64,000 nt of DNA from a virus (Duplodnaviria; Caudoviricetes), in the IMG/VR virus record IMGVR_UViG_641201006_000001, positions 128,001 through 192,000 of that record, one strand, 5' to 3'. A program made the translations under genes and the position numbers. Position 1 is the stretch's first letter. Every line of letters starts with the position of its first letter. Shown here piece by piece: positions 19,616-29,311 of the stretch. The notes beneath the pieces are model-generated. The model saw nothing but the letters and a program-made list of their open reading frames with translations. It searched no databases and was not told where the DNA came from.

Positions 19616-20331
19616 CAGTACACCTCCTTATTGTGATAAATCACTTCAAGTTCCTTTAATCCTTTTGGCTTGTATTCCTTAATAGTATCTTGAATACGAC
19701 TTGGTACAGATTCTAATTCATCATCCGTTAATGAGCGATGATCCACACGAACAATAATAGATGCTTCGTCCGGATAATACTCAAAGATAACCTGTACACT
19801 TACGCCCGGAATCTGTTTTAAATGATACTCAAGCATGGAGAGGTTATCATCACTTAACCCCTCCGGCTTTGTTTCTTTATAGTACGGCATACTTAGGCGA
19901 GACATATATTCAATCACACGTTTCGCATCTTTATCATAAGAGAATTGACGACCTAACTTATGTGCCAACATCTTAATGATGATTTGATTGTCCGTCTGAT
20001 TAATTAATCGTTTGAGTTCATCTACATTGTTCTTCTTTAGAAACTGTTCTGTATCTTGCCCGATTGCATTAGATAAGACACTGCCTTTACCCATCATTGT
20101 TCCCGGTACAATATAGTCCTGCGGGATACCCACATTAGCGTTTTTCATGAGCTGATTAACAGCATCCTCAAAATCAGTTTTGGTGTAAGATGCGGCCTCA
20201 GGAGAAGGTTTCTCAAACTGCTTGAATATTTCTGCCTCAAGAGCTTTCGCAGTATCACGACGAATTTGCTGATCTAACTCGGCTGATATATCTCTATATG
20301 GATTGGATGTAGATAATTCATTCTTGCCCAT
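19615..20331 (-). CDS. Hypothetical protein inserted in the sbcCD cluster
   Basis: 238 aa ORF. Confidence 0.7.
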   Translation of the reverse strand: MGKNELSTSNPYRDISAELDQQIRRDTAKALEAEIFKQFEKPSPEAASYTKTDFEDAVNQLMKNANVGIPQDYIVPGTMMGKGSVLSNAIGQDTEQFLKKNNVDELKRLINQTDNQIIIKMLAHKLGRQFSYDKDAKRVIEYMSRLSMPYYKETKPEGLSDDNLSMLEYHLKQIPGVSVQVIFEYYPDEASIIVRVDHRSLTDDELESVPSRIQDTIKEYKPKGLKELEVIYHNKEVY

Positions 20332-20339
20332 GATGACTC

Positions 20340-20618
20340 CTACTCTTCAAATTCCATATCGTCATCATCGTCTGCTACTTCTTCACCCGGTAAATATTGA
20401 CGAGCGTCTTCCATTACCTCTGTTAAGTTCTTTTCTTTTTCAGCGATAACAGTAGCTAAGTCCTTCGGATCGTAGCCCATGTCTTTAATTTTCTTGGCAG
20501 CTTCCTTACGACGTTTAGATGCTTCCTCTTTACGAGTTTCTAAGCGCACCTTATCACTCTTCGCTTGCTCAAATTCGTTCTTTAACATTTTTAATTGGCG
20601 GTCAAAGTTTGTAGTCAT
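20340..20618 (-). CDS. Small coiled-coil protein of the sbcCD cluster
   Basis: Heptad pattern with acidic tail; GGAGG before MTTNFD. Confidence 0.7.
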   Translation of the reverse strand: MTTNFDRQLKMLKNEFEQAKSDKVRLETRKEEASKRRKEAAKKIKDMGYDPKDLATVIAEKEKNLTEVMEDARQYLPGEEVADDDDDMEFEE

Positions 20619-20631
20619 TTGTATTTCCTCC

Positions 20632-22941
20632 CTATGCAATATGTTCTAACATTTCATTTACTGCGTGTTCAGATACTTCTTGATTACATGTTGGACACTT
20701 GCTACCCATGTCTTTAAAGATGGATTGAATATCTTCTTCTAGCTTCGCAATATCTTGCGTTACAATTTCGATACTGCCATCAATCTCTTTACACACATAG
20801 TCTTCGCCTTCATATTCTTCTAGAAGTTTCTTGAGCGTTGCAATTTCCGCAACTTCTTTCTCGATTGCGTCGATGTCGATATTATCTAATGAAGCATACT
20901 CCGCTAAGTCCTCGGTATGCAGTTCTTCTTTCGCTTCTGATTTAATGTACTCTCTATTTAATTCCTTGAGTTCATTAACCTCTTTATAGATGTACTCGGC
21001 TGCACCTAATAAAGTAAGACCTTGCTCAAGCATTCCGTACTCTTTGTACTCCGAATTAACAGCAGATAAAGTACGTGCTGTTTTAGCGAAGTCATCTTGC
21101 AACTGTTCTAGCTCTGCAATTTCGCGAGCGATTTGCTCTGCTTCATTCACAAGTAACATACCACGTTCAACATAGGCATAATCATTTAACTCTGCATTGA
21201 TTTCCTTGATGGCACGAGACTTCTCTTTTAAGATACGTCTAAAGTCTTTCAAGTCTTCAATCTCATCGTCAAGGTTCTGCGCCGTCGTTAATAATCCTTT
21301 TAGGATATTTAAGCGCTTCTCAATTTCAGGAAGGTCATCATAATTCTTTAGCTTCTCATCCAGTTCTGCAATTTGCTTCTCACTTGCATTACTATCGACA
21401 GTAAGCTTTCGTATTTCCTTCCCCTTCTCTTTGATCGCAGCATCGACGATATGGACGCCCGTGAGTCTTCCGATTGTGTTAGCACGAACAGCAGGTGACT
21501 CTGAGAGTAAGAAGTGACTGTCAAGCTGATTGGAGAAGTTAATAGCTCGTTCAACACCTGTTGACAGTTCCACTTTAGGCATTTGATGAGTATTGGCGAT
21601 GTCGATAGGAATGTTATTCCCAAACCCCTTGAACTCAGTCTCCTTGCCGTTTGTATCACGTACGATGTACTCACCGGATGATGATTTAGTTCGTGAGCGA
21701 GTAATTGAAGACCCGTCTGTAAAACCGACTGTGACCGTAGTCCGACTAGCCCCGTGGCGAATAAAGTCGGCTCCTTTAGGCTCGTTATAGAATACCCATC
21801 GTAACGCACGTATGATGGCTGACTTCCCGGAGTCCGAAGCACCGGTGATTGCATTAAGTCCCTTGTCACTAAAATCAACCCTCGTCTTTTTATGTGATTG
21901 GAAGTTGGTTACCTCCACCCATGCGAGTCCAATTGCTTTCGCCTTCTCGATGTATCCATCTAGCTTACTATCTTGGAAGTTCTTCTCTTGATCTACGATA
22001 GCATCCAGTGCAGTTGATAATAATTTCTTCGAGATACCTTTTGTCTTCGCTAGTATTTCTTTCGGGTCAAACGATTCAAATGTTAAAGCATCCTCAATCG
22101 TTTGCTCGAATGCTGCTAAGTATTTCACCTGTTGTTTCTTCTGCACGATTTGTGTACGGTCAAATACGTCTACACCTTTTTGTGCAACTTGATATTCTAC
22201 ATACTCTACATCGAAGCCATTTGCGTCTACGTCAATCATGGCATACTGCGGAATACGCTTCATACTATCGGCACTTGCTTCATCACGACCAGTAGAACCC
22301 GGATTCGTAAATAGTGTACCGTTGATTTCATGCATATCATAACCCGGATGAAAATGACCATTAAAGACTGCATCAGCTTCCGTTACAACATGTTTTGTTA
22401 ATGTATGTTTTACGTCCGGATGGAACGGTTTTTCAAGTAACATACCGTGAGAGAATAGGAAGTCATAGTCACCTTTCTTCTTCACGTAGTAATCTAACAT
22501 TGGGTTATCATCAATCTCTGAATGATATTGTTTACCATGCAGGAATACGGTGAATGCACCCGTGTCAATCTTATGCGCACGCTTGTCTGTTAACAGCGTA
22601 ACAAGACCCGCATTCGCTAATGAACCGATTGCCGTTTGATTGATTGTATCCATTGAGTAACCATATAAATCATGATTACCGGGTACAAGATATACTCGAA
22701 TACCTTTCTTGCGAATACGTCGCAAGATGCGTTGATGCTCATTATATAATGAATAAGCGACACGAGGCGTATGGAACCAGTCTCCGCCATGAACGATGAA
22801 ATCTACATCATTTGCATACGCAACTTGTTCGATTTCAAGGAACTTATTCAAGATAGCATTGTGATAATCATCAATACGAGAGCCGGGATTACGACCCATG
22901 TCGTGACTATCTGTGAAATATATACCTTTCAAGAGCGTCAT
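20632..22941 (-). CDS. SbcD/Mre11 nuclease fused to SbcC/Rad50 N-terminal half (Walker A, coiled coil, zinc hook)
   Basis: TDSH, GGDWFH, GNHD, GHFH and NPGS; then NFQSH, GASDSGKS, coiled coil and terminal CPTC. Confidence 0.9.
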   Translation of the reverse strand: MTLLKGIYFTDSHDMGRNPGSRIDDYHNAILNKFLEIEQVAYANDVDFIVHGGDWFHTPRVAYSLYNEHQRILRRIRKKGIRVYLVPGNHDLYGYSMDTINQTAIGSLANAGLVTLLTDKRAHKIDTGAFTVFLHGKQYHSEIDDNPMLDYYVKKKGDYDFLFSHGMLLEKPFHPDVKHTLTKHVVTEADAVFNGHFHPGYDMHEINGTLFTNPGSTGRDEASADSMKRIPQYAMIDVDANGFDVEYVEYQVAQKGVDVFDRTQIVQKKQQVKYLAAFEQTIEDALTFESFDPKEILAKTKGISKKLLSTALDAIVDQEKNFQDSKLDGYIEKAKAIGLAWVEVTNFQSHKKTRVDFSDKGLNAITGASDSGKSAIIRALRWVFYNEPKGADFIRHGASRTTVTVGFTDGSSITRSRTKSSSGEYIVRDTNGKETEFKGFGNNIPIDIANTHQMPKVELSTGVERAINFSNQLDSHFLLSESPAVRANTIGRLTGVHIVDAAIKEKGKEIRKLTVDSNASEKQIAELDEKLKNYDDLPEIEKRLNILKGLLTTAQNLDDEIEDLKDFRRILKEKSRAIKEINAELNDYAYVERGMLLVNEAEQIAREIAELEQLQDDFAKTARTLSAVNSEYKEYGMLEQGLTLLGAAEYIYKEVNELKELNREYIKSEAKEELHTEDLAEYASLDNIDIDAIEKEVAEIATLKKLLEEYEGEDYVCKEIDGSIEIVTQDIAKLEEDIQSIFKDMGSKCPTCNQEVSEHAVNEMLEHIA

Positions 22942-23490
22942 CTATACTTCCCCCTTACCCTTCTTTTTGATATATTCAGCAATATCTTTTACCTTCGACT
23001 TCGCAAGTTGTCTTTTGAAATCTTGGTTATGATACTGACAGATACCATTTTCAACTTGATCTTGTTTGCATCGAGCTACGCCACATTCTCTTTCTTTAAG
23101 CTGAATGTATTGCTCCATGCTATCTATATTCCCTCTTGAGAAATGCAGATTAAAGTTCGCATAATGTTTCATGCACATTCCTTTTGCTTCTGCTCGTAAA
23201 CCGCAATGAGGGATAAAACATTGCACACCATGATAGGAAATGCGGTTTGTTTTACGTGGGTCACCTATTTTCAATCGTCTTTGATTATGCATTGCACATA
23301 TTCCTTTTGCATAAGCGGGACGCTCACAATCCTCAATACTACAGGTCTTGCCTTTGTTTATCAGAACAGGGTCATCAGTTGTACCCGTAAGTCTTAGTCT
23401 CTGATAATGTTTTGGACAATACCCTCTAGCGCCGGTGGCATCCTCTCCACAACCTTCCACTATACATATACGGGTAGCAACTGTACACAT
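22942..23490 (-). CDS. Protein with four C-x4-C...C-x2-H zinc-finger repeats
   Basis: CIVEGC..CPKH, CSIEDC..CAMH, CFIPHC..CMKH, CGVARC..CQYH. Confidence 0.78.
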   Translation of the reverse strand: MCTVATRICIVEGCGEDATGARGYCPKHYQRLRLTGTTDDPVLINKGKTCSIEDCERPAYAKGICAMHNQRRLKIGDPRKTNRISYHGVQCFIPHCGLRAEAKGMCMKHYANFNLHFSRGNIDSMEQYIQLKERECGVARCKQDQVENGICQYHNQDFKRQLAKSKVKDIAEYIKKKGKGEV

Positions 23491-24231
23491 TTAAATCTCT
23501 CCTCTGTTCTTCTTTTCTATATATTCGTTTGCATCTTTTGCATTGACACCTCTATGGTATCTAAAGTTTAGATGATGTTTATTACATAAGTGGTGTGCAA
23601 CAGTCTCTTCATTGCATCCATCAATTCTGCATATAGGATCCATTTGCCCTCTCAGATTTTCTACGTGATGGACGTCACCATATTTATTAAAACGTTGCAG
23701 ATGCACTTGGCACAAACGTTTACCGTGCGCTTCTTTTTCGCAACCTTCTACGCTACATATCTTACCCGAATTAACATAGTCAGGGTCGTCTGTATTTCCG
23801 TGACGTAACTCACGACGGTAATGTTTCCAACATAAACCCCTAGCCGCCTTCGCTTCATTTTCACACTCGTCTATTGTACAGGTGTTACCTTGCTTACTCA
23901 GGCGTGGACGCTTTCCCGCTTTTTCTTTCTTCCTCTCTTGTTCTGCTCTCCAAGCTGCTGCTTTCTCTCGGTCAGCTTTTAACTTTGCTTGCCATTGTTC
24001 AACTTCCGCTTGTCGAGTTGTTAAGATTGGTGCTAGGTTTACGCAAAAATCTAAATCAGTCTTTGCTTCCCATACACCATCTGTAAGAAGATTCCCGAAG
24101 CGGTCAATGTACCCCTTGCGTCCTTCATCAATCATCAGACCGACTTCCCAGTCACTATGCGATTCACGTTTCAACATACACATCATGAGAAGACCCATTA
24201 CCTTCTGTTCTTTCTTCTCACTCATCGTCAT
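23491..24231 (-). CDS. Protein with three C-x4-C...C-x2-H zinc-finger repeats (paralog of neighbour)
   Basis: CTIDEC..CWKH, CSVEGC..CQVH, CRIDGC..CNKH; C-terminus EYIEKKNRGEI matches the neighbour's EYIKKKGKGEV. Confidence 0.78.
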   Translation of the reverse strand: MTMSEKKEQKVMGLLMMCMLKRESHSDWEVGLMIDEGRKGYIDRFGNLLTDGVWEAKTDLDFCVNLAPILTTRQAEVEQWQAKLKADREKAAAWRAEQERKKEKAGKRPRLSKQGNTCTIDECENEAKAARGLCWKHYRRELRHGNTDDPDYVNSGKICSVEGCEKEAHGKRLCQVHLQRFNKYGDVHHVENLRGQMDPICRIDGCNEETVAHHLCNKHHLNFRYHRGVNAKDANEYIEKKNRGEI

Positions 24232-24583
24232 CGTCCTCAGGTTCGTGTCCTATGATTTGAACACCAATCAGATAATCTTCTGCTGTATCTAAATCATGCT
24301 CTTCGTAATATGGCCCGGTGTAGAAGCGAATGTATTCTACTTCTTCGTATGAATCCTGCTCATACTCTTCCTCTTCGAACGTACAATACTTGTCGTTCTC
24401 TCCGTCGCACGGTCTTACATTTAGACCGGAGAATAAATCTGTATAGCAAGATAGAATATCTCCGCCACGAGAATTACCGCCCATTCTTGCTACTACTTTT
24501 GCCTTCGCAACACCCATTTGGAATGTTAGTTCCACAATATGTGTACTATCTCCGCCGGGAATATACTGCTCCATCTGCATCAT
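24218..24583 (-). CDS. Hypothetical acidic protein (possibly DUF5406-like)
   Basis: THIVELTFQ...GGNSRG resembles a Bacillus phage family pattern recalled from memory; GGAGG RBS. Confidence 0.6.
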   Translation of the reverse strand: MMQMEQYIPGGDSTHIVELTFQMGVAKAKVVARMGGNSRGGDILSCYTDLFSGLNVRPCDGENDKYCTFEEEEYEQDSYEEVEYIRFYTGPYYEEHDLDTAEDYLIGVQIIGHEPEDDDDE

Positions 24584-24628
24584 AAAACCTCCTTGTTTCT
24601 AGTATGTTACATTTTGTAATGCTTATAC

Positions 24629-24868
24629 CTACCATGCCTCATCATCAATAGAAACCTTCTTCTTTTTCTTGAGAAAGGCAAGGTCTTTTAAATCTGTGCG
24701 GTACATACGATGGTCGTCTTCATAGGGTTTATCTAATTCGACCTGCACCGGTGACATGTGATGCTGATAGAGAGTTGGCTGGTCAACATATGTGACTTTG
24801 CCTTTTATATCAATCGACTTCACACGTACACGGTCACCTTCCTTTGGAATGCGAACCTTACCAGTCAT
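24629..24868 (-). CDS. Small SH3/KOW-like hypothetical protein
   Basis: KEGDRVRVK...GKV pattern; start MTGKVR after GAGGAGG. Confidence 0.6.
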   Translation of the reverse strand: MTGKVRIPKEGDRVRVKSIDIKGKVTYVDQPTLYQHHMSPVQVELDKPYEDDHRMYRTDLKDLAFLKKKKKVSIDDEAW

Positions 24869-25061
24869 CCCAGTCAACCTCCTCTTCACCATCTAATAAC
24901 GCAACAAGTGTCGGAATCCAATGCTCCGACACTGTGCCATTGTCATCTCGCTTAACAGTTACATGCGATTGACGATTATAATCAAACGGAAAGTCGATTA
25001 CGACTCCTGTCCACGGCCATGCGATATGTTTGACTCTGCATCCTAATCGACATACATCCAT
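24858..25061 (-). CDS. Small hypothetical protein
   Basis: ORF coupled to neighbours. Confidence 0.6.
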   Translation of the reverse strand: MDVCRLGCRVKHIAWPWTGVVIDFPFDYNRQSHVTVKRDDNGTVSEHWIPTLVALLDGEEEVDWDDW

Positions 25062-25249
25062 TAGAATTTCTTCCTTTGTACTTGGTTGTTTAATTCTTCT
25101 TCTTTGCGGTCTAGGTAGTTACGGATACCTTCTTCTGCACTTTTCGCTGTTGATTTATTCATAATCGACATAACGATAGCAGAACCGATTGCACCGCCAA
25201 CCATACTAGAGAACGCAATGATGAAGATAAATGTCCATATAATATACAT
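25061..25249 (-). CDS. Small membrane protein
   Basis: N-terminal hydrophobic helix; TAATG coupling. Confidence 0.65.
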   Translation of the reverse strand: MYIIWTFIFIIAFSSMVGGAIGSAIVMSIMNKSTAKSAEEGIRNYLDRKEEELNNQVQRKKF

Positions 25250-26001
25250 TAGCAGAATCTCTCCCTCCTTCTAAAACGATACTCGATTATCTCTCGTGAC
25301 TCTAGGTCATAAGCATAAGCGATACCGTCCCATAGGTCTACCATTGTGAGTCGCCAGCCAAAACCTGCGCCCGTGTCAATCGCAATCTTCTTGGCTTTGT
25401 TACTCGTCCATACTCTCGCATCTTCTTCTGTAATTGCTTTATGGATACGATAAGTAGGTGTGTGTCCGAATACGATAGTCTGGTCAAAAGTGTGTGCATT
25501 ACGTGGGTTCGACCATTCTTTACATCCCATAAGTAATACTTCTCTCTTTTGTAAGTCCATATAAGGGACTCGTGGATCAAGACCAGCGTGAACGAAGATA
25601 AAGTTATCGTCTTCATGATAATCAACCATCTTGTTTAATACGCCGGACATAATATCTCCTACGGCTTCTGAACCGAGTTTCTTTTGTGCTATATCAATAG
25701 ATTTAAGAGTGGTAAGTCCTCCAATCGCTTCATGTGAGAATTGTTGTTGCGTCATCTTACCTGTCAGACATTCACGAAGCCATGCATCATGATTGCCCTC
25801 TACGATAACTGCGCCTTCTTGTAGTAACTGGTTACATTCCTCATATACTTCAAAGGATTGGAGTCCTCTATCTCCTAAATCGCCACATATAACTAATTCC
25901 TCCGGGTCAGGATCAACATAATCCAGTAACCGAAGGAATGGTGTGGCGTTTCCGTGTATGTCACTTATTGCGTAACGTTTGTTCAAAATATTCCCCTCCA
26001 T
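25249..26001 (-). CDS. Calcineurin-like metallophosphoesterase (Ser/Thr protein phosphatase family)
   Basis: SDIHG, GDLGDRG, GNHD, VHAG, FGHT, IDTG. Confidence 0.9.
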   Translation of the reverse strand: MEGNILNKRYAISDIHGNATPFLRLLDYVDPDPEELVICGDLGDRGLQSFEVYEECNQLLQEGAVIVEGNHDAWLRECLTGKMTQQQFSHEAIGGLTTLKSIDIAQKKLGSEAVGDIMSGVLNKMVDYHEDDNFIFVHAGLDPRVPYMDLQKREVLLMGCKEWSNPRNAHTFDQTIVFGHTPTYRIHKAITEEDARVWTSNKAKKIAIDTGAGFGWRLTMVDLWDGIAYAYDLESREIIEYRFRRRERFC

Positions 26002-26029
26002 TGGCGAAACCCCGCCAACGAGACAGGGT

Positions 26030-26383
26030 TTAGTTTGCTTCTACATCAATGACATCGACACGCTTGATGCTTGCTTCTGTACTGAATCCTTCCGGATAAC
26101 GTTCTTTTAGTTTAGCGATATTAGCAATAGCAACTTCTTCTAACGTAAATCCATACTCGGCTGCTATACGAGCAAGATACCACAAGTCATCACCAAGCTC
26201 ATCTCGAACCTTTATCGGGTCAGCAGGGTGTTTATGTCCTACTTCTTTCTTAATGACGTCAGCTACCTCACCTGCTTCACCAGCTATACCTAAACCATAT
26301 GTAGCAATGCGAAGTTCTCTGCTCATTTCATGGTCTTTCGGCGCAGTACGCTCCGTCAACTTTTGATACTCATTAAAGTTCAC
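26030..26383 (-). CDS. MazG-like nucleotide pyrophosphohydrolase
   Basis: GIAGEAGEVAD, DELGDDLWY, NIAKLKERYP. Confidence 0.9.
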   Translation of the reverse strand: MNFNEYQKLTERTAPKDHEMSRELRIATYGLGIAGEAGEVADVIKKEVGHKHPADPIKVRDELGDDLWYLARIAAEYGFTLEEVAIANIAKLKERYPEGFSTEASIKRVDVIDVEAN

Positions 26384-26385
26384 TA

Positions 26386-26691
26386 CTATTCCCCCTTGAT
26401 CTCTAGCTTGTGCGCCCACAACGTGCTACTGTACTTCTGTATCAGTAAGTCGATGCTTCGACCATCATACATAGCTTGCGCAGCTTTTTGAATAAGTTCA
26501 GCTACTTGTCTACGTTTTGGTGCAGTTTCTACATCGTCTGTGTGCGTATACTGTAATGTATATTCAGCGAACAACTTACCAGCGTTCTTCCCGCTTTTGT
26601 ATCGCTTAATACTAAGAGTGTTGATGTTATCTGCTAGTAATTCATTTGCAACATCGTTTAAGACTGGAATTGTTGCTTCTACTTTTGGCAT
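26386..26691 (-). CDS. Hypothetical protein
   Basis: ORF with GAGGTG RBS. Confidence 0.65.
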   Translation of the reverse strand: MPKVEATIPVLNDVANELLADNINTLSIKRYKSGKNAGKLFAEYTLQYTHTDDVETAPKRRQVAELIQKAAQAMYDGRSIDLLIQKYSSTLWAHKLEIKGE

Positions 26692-26759
26692 ATTCTCACC
26701 TCATTTCATCAGCCCGCACCCTCTATTATAAGGCATGAGGGCTGATGCGACTAGGATTT

Positions 26760-27410
26760 TTAGAAGTCTTCGTCATCAACGGAAGCGGATTTCTTCTTCG
26801 CTGGACGTTTCTTTCTAGCAGGTTTTTCCTCTACTTCTTCATCCGGCTCTTGATCGGCAAGTTCAGCATTCATTGCGTCAATGATTTCTTGCGCTTCCGG
26901 TTCCGTTAATTCATTCATCTTGTCTGTACCAATATTGTCATACAAGAAGTCTTCTAACTGTGTACGGCTAAAGCCTAGCTTTTTACCTAAACGTTTAATC
27001 TTACCAATGCTATCAACAGATGCTAAATCAGGTTCATATGCCTGTAGTTCATCGGCTGTTACCATACCTACGTTTAAGAAGTCACGGAACGCACGACCTT
27101 TGGCACGAGTTAATGCCATACGTGGGAATGATGCTGCTGTCATTTTACCGCAGTTATTCACACTTGCATCGGCTTCTTCCATACCAATGCGTTTACCTTC
27201 TTTGTCGAAGATTTCGGCACGAGCATAACATGTAAACTTATTCTCCGATGACGGATACTGCGTGACATATGCCTCGATATGTCCAAAGCGTGGGTCTTCA
27301 TGTGCAAGGGCAAGCAAACCATTATATAGAATTGCTTCTTTCCCTTTTGGCCCACCAATCTTCATGATAAATTCTTTCTTAAATTCGGGTGTTAATTCTC
27401 TACTTTTCAC
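26760..27410 (-). CDS. Putative single-strand annealing/recombination protein
   Basis: ILYNGLLALAH...EADAS...RMALTRAKGRAFRD...ADEL pattern typical of phage SSAP-like proteins; acidic tail. Confidence 0.5.
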   Translation of the reverse strand: MKSRELTPEFKKEFIMKIGGPKGKEAILYNGLLALAHEDPRFGHIEAYVTQYPSSENKFTCYARAEIFDKEGKRIGMEEADASVNNCGKMTAASFPRMALTRAKGRAFRDFLNVGMVTADELQAYEPDLASVDSIGKIKRLGKKLGFSRTQLEDFLYDNIGTDKMNELTEPEAQEIIDAMNAELADQEPDEEVEEKPARKKRPAKKKSASVDDEDF

Positions 27411-27425
27411 ACTGCAACCTCCTAA

Positions 27426-27740
27426 TTAGCCATTAATCCGTTTGTCATAGCAATAGCCACAAACATCTAATCCCGGATTCCTCGGCTCTGACTTACAATC
27501 AACACACTTCGGTTCTAGCTCTTTATAAATCGCTTCCTTGATCTCTCTCCATTCACCTAGTTGCTTCTGATGATTTGCAACTTCACGTTTGCGACCATCA
27601 ATTACAACTTGTGGTGTCCGCATACTTTCAGGAAGAGATTTAATATAAGCACTCGCTTGTTCACGACGAGTAATCTCCGTATTCACGAGCTTCCGAAGTT
27701 TCTTTAATTGTGCATTAGAAAACGGGCGACCGTTTACCAT
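27426..27740 (-). CDS. Hypothetical protein with C-terminal zinc finger
   Basis: CVDC...CGYC. Confidence 0.6.
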   Translation of the reverse strand: MVNGRPFSNAQLKKLRKLVNTEITRREQASAYIKSLPESMRTPQVVIDGRKREVANHQKQLGEWREIKEAIYKELEPKCVDCKSEPRNPGLDVCGYCYDKRING

Positions 27741-28198
27741 TTCTCGATTCTACTTTCTACCTGTAATGTTGCAGTTAAGTCGTCGTTTGTACGAATTACT
27801 AATTCAGGAGCATTGTATCCATAAGAACCTTCATAGTATTTTTGGAATGTACCACCACGCCATAATGGTGTCACACGACCTTTTGCAAACGTACCATTCT
27901 TTTTCGTAGGAATTTTATTGAACCATTCTTCAAACTTATTACCCTCTTGAATCTCAATAATAAGTGCTTTGATTTCTTCCTCTTCCGCAGCACGCTCTGC
28001 TTCTGTTGGACGTGTAAAGTCTGTGTCCATATCACAAGTATTAATGCCGTAATCCTCATCTTCTGGATCAGCACCAATCATGCTTTGCAGTTCACGAATG
28101 ATTTCATCCTTGTTTCCTTCTAGGTTGAATACCTTATGACGCTCATCTGTCTTTGTGAATAATACTACCATTTCACTCCACTCCCATCTTCGCCGCAA
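27734..28198 (-). CDS. Hypothetical protein (start probably at internal MVVLF)
   Basis: ORF in operon. Confidence 0.65.
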   Translation of the reverse strand: MRRRWEWSEMVVLFTKTDERHKVFNLEGNKDEIIRELQSMIGADPEDEDYGINTCDMDTDFTRPTEAERAAEEEEIKALIIEIQEGNKFEEWFNKIPTKKNGTFAKGRVTPLWRGGTFQKYYEGSYGYNAPELVIRTNDDLTATLQVESRIEKW

Positions 28199-28647
28199 TT
28201 ACTACAGCTATTTCTTCTTAACCAGCTATACAGATGCTCTTTTAGGTTATCTTCTAGCGGTTTCCCGTAGTCCTTCATAAAGTCAGTGACAACATCGTCA
28301 ATACGCATAATGACGGCACTACGTTCCTCCCCTGTATAGAAACCAGCATCAGTATCACATACGAGTTTGATGATTTCATCCTTAATACCTACATCAATTG
28401 CCGGCTCTACCGGTGCTAACTCATATGCACGAATCATGCTTGAATCAATACCGTATTGCTTCGATGCAATTTCAATTGCAACTGCGGTTGATTCAACGGA
28501 ATACGTACCTAAAATAATACCAGCATGAATGTCACGCCATTCTTGTACCTCATAGAAATTCTCTTCGTCTTGTATAGGCTCCGTTAACACTTGTATGTCA
28601 CGAGTGTATTCTTCGTCTACAACGCATAGATAATCATTTTTGACCAT
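28165..28647 (-). CDS. Hypothetical protein, N-domain paralogous to 48771-49307
   Basis: YLCVVDEEY...IRAYEL versus YLVMVDEKY...LKAYEV. Confidence 0.65.
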   Translation of the reverse strand: MVKNDYLCVVDEEYTRDIQVLTEPIQDEENFYEVQEWRDIHAGIILGTYSVESTAVAIEIASKQYGIDSSMIRAYELAPVEPAIDVGIKDEIIKLVCDTDAGFYTGEERSAVIMRIDDVVTDFMKDYGKPLEDNLKEHLYSWLRRNSCSNCGEDGSGVKW

Positions 28648-29254
28648 GTGGGGTCACCACCTTCAATTGTTTTAGTTGTTCAAATGCTTCTTCCTCTGTT
28701 AATTCTCCCGCATCTAACTTCGCAAGCACTTCATCAATGCTATTCATTGCTTCCGGATTTCGACCAATTTCTGTTTCTACCGTATAGCTATCCAATGGTT
28801 CTACATATTCACTTGAATTTTCCGCCATTAGTTTCTCTAATGTTTTACGTAATTGATCGTCAGGCAAGGATAAGGCATTCTTTATATCATCAACTTTAAT
28901 GTATTCTGCATCCTCTGATGTTTTTACCGTATGGTCTGGTTTACCCGGACGGACGTACAGTGTATCAGCGGCGAAACCATCGTCTGCTGAACATGATCTG
29001 TCGTATGCTGCATTATGTTTCTTTAACAACTGTTCCAGTTCTTTTATTTCACCATCTTGATTATCTTCTTCTTCAATCGAGATGAGCGTTTTCTCTTCAT
29101 CTACATAACAGTTTTCTAATAGTGATACTTTATCTTTGTAATCTGCCTTCCCGCTATCGTAATATTCTTTATCCTTTAGATGCTGTGCTATCTCCGGATG
29201 CAACATACGTGCCGGGAAAGTAACTTCTACATGAAAATATCCCATCTTGTTCAC
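28634..29254 (-). CDS. Hypothetical acidic protein
   Basis: 206 aa ORF downstream of a copy of the repeated promoter-like motif. Confidence 0.7.
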   Translation of the reverse strand: MNKMGYFHVEVTFPARMLHPEIAQHLKDKEYYDSGKADYKDKVSLLENCYVDEEKTLISIEEEDNQDGEIKELEQLLKKHNAAYDRSCSADDGFAADTLYVRPGKPDHTVKTSEDAEYIKVDDIKNALSLPDDQLRKTLEKLMAENSSEYVEPLDSYTVETEIGRNPEAMNSIDEVLAKLDAGELTEEEAFEQLKQLKVVTPHGQK

Positions 29255-29311
29255 CTCATTACTTTTATTGTTACCATCTGTAACGCTTTTATGCAGAGAA
29301 ACAAGAGGCTT

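Noticed and set aside
19615-20331. Homing endonuclease or intron explanation for the gene inserted between the sbcC halves
   Set aside because: No HNH, GIY-YIG, LAGLIDADG or EDxHD motifs, and no flanking non-coding intron core.
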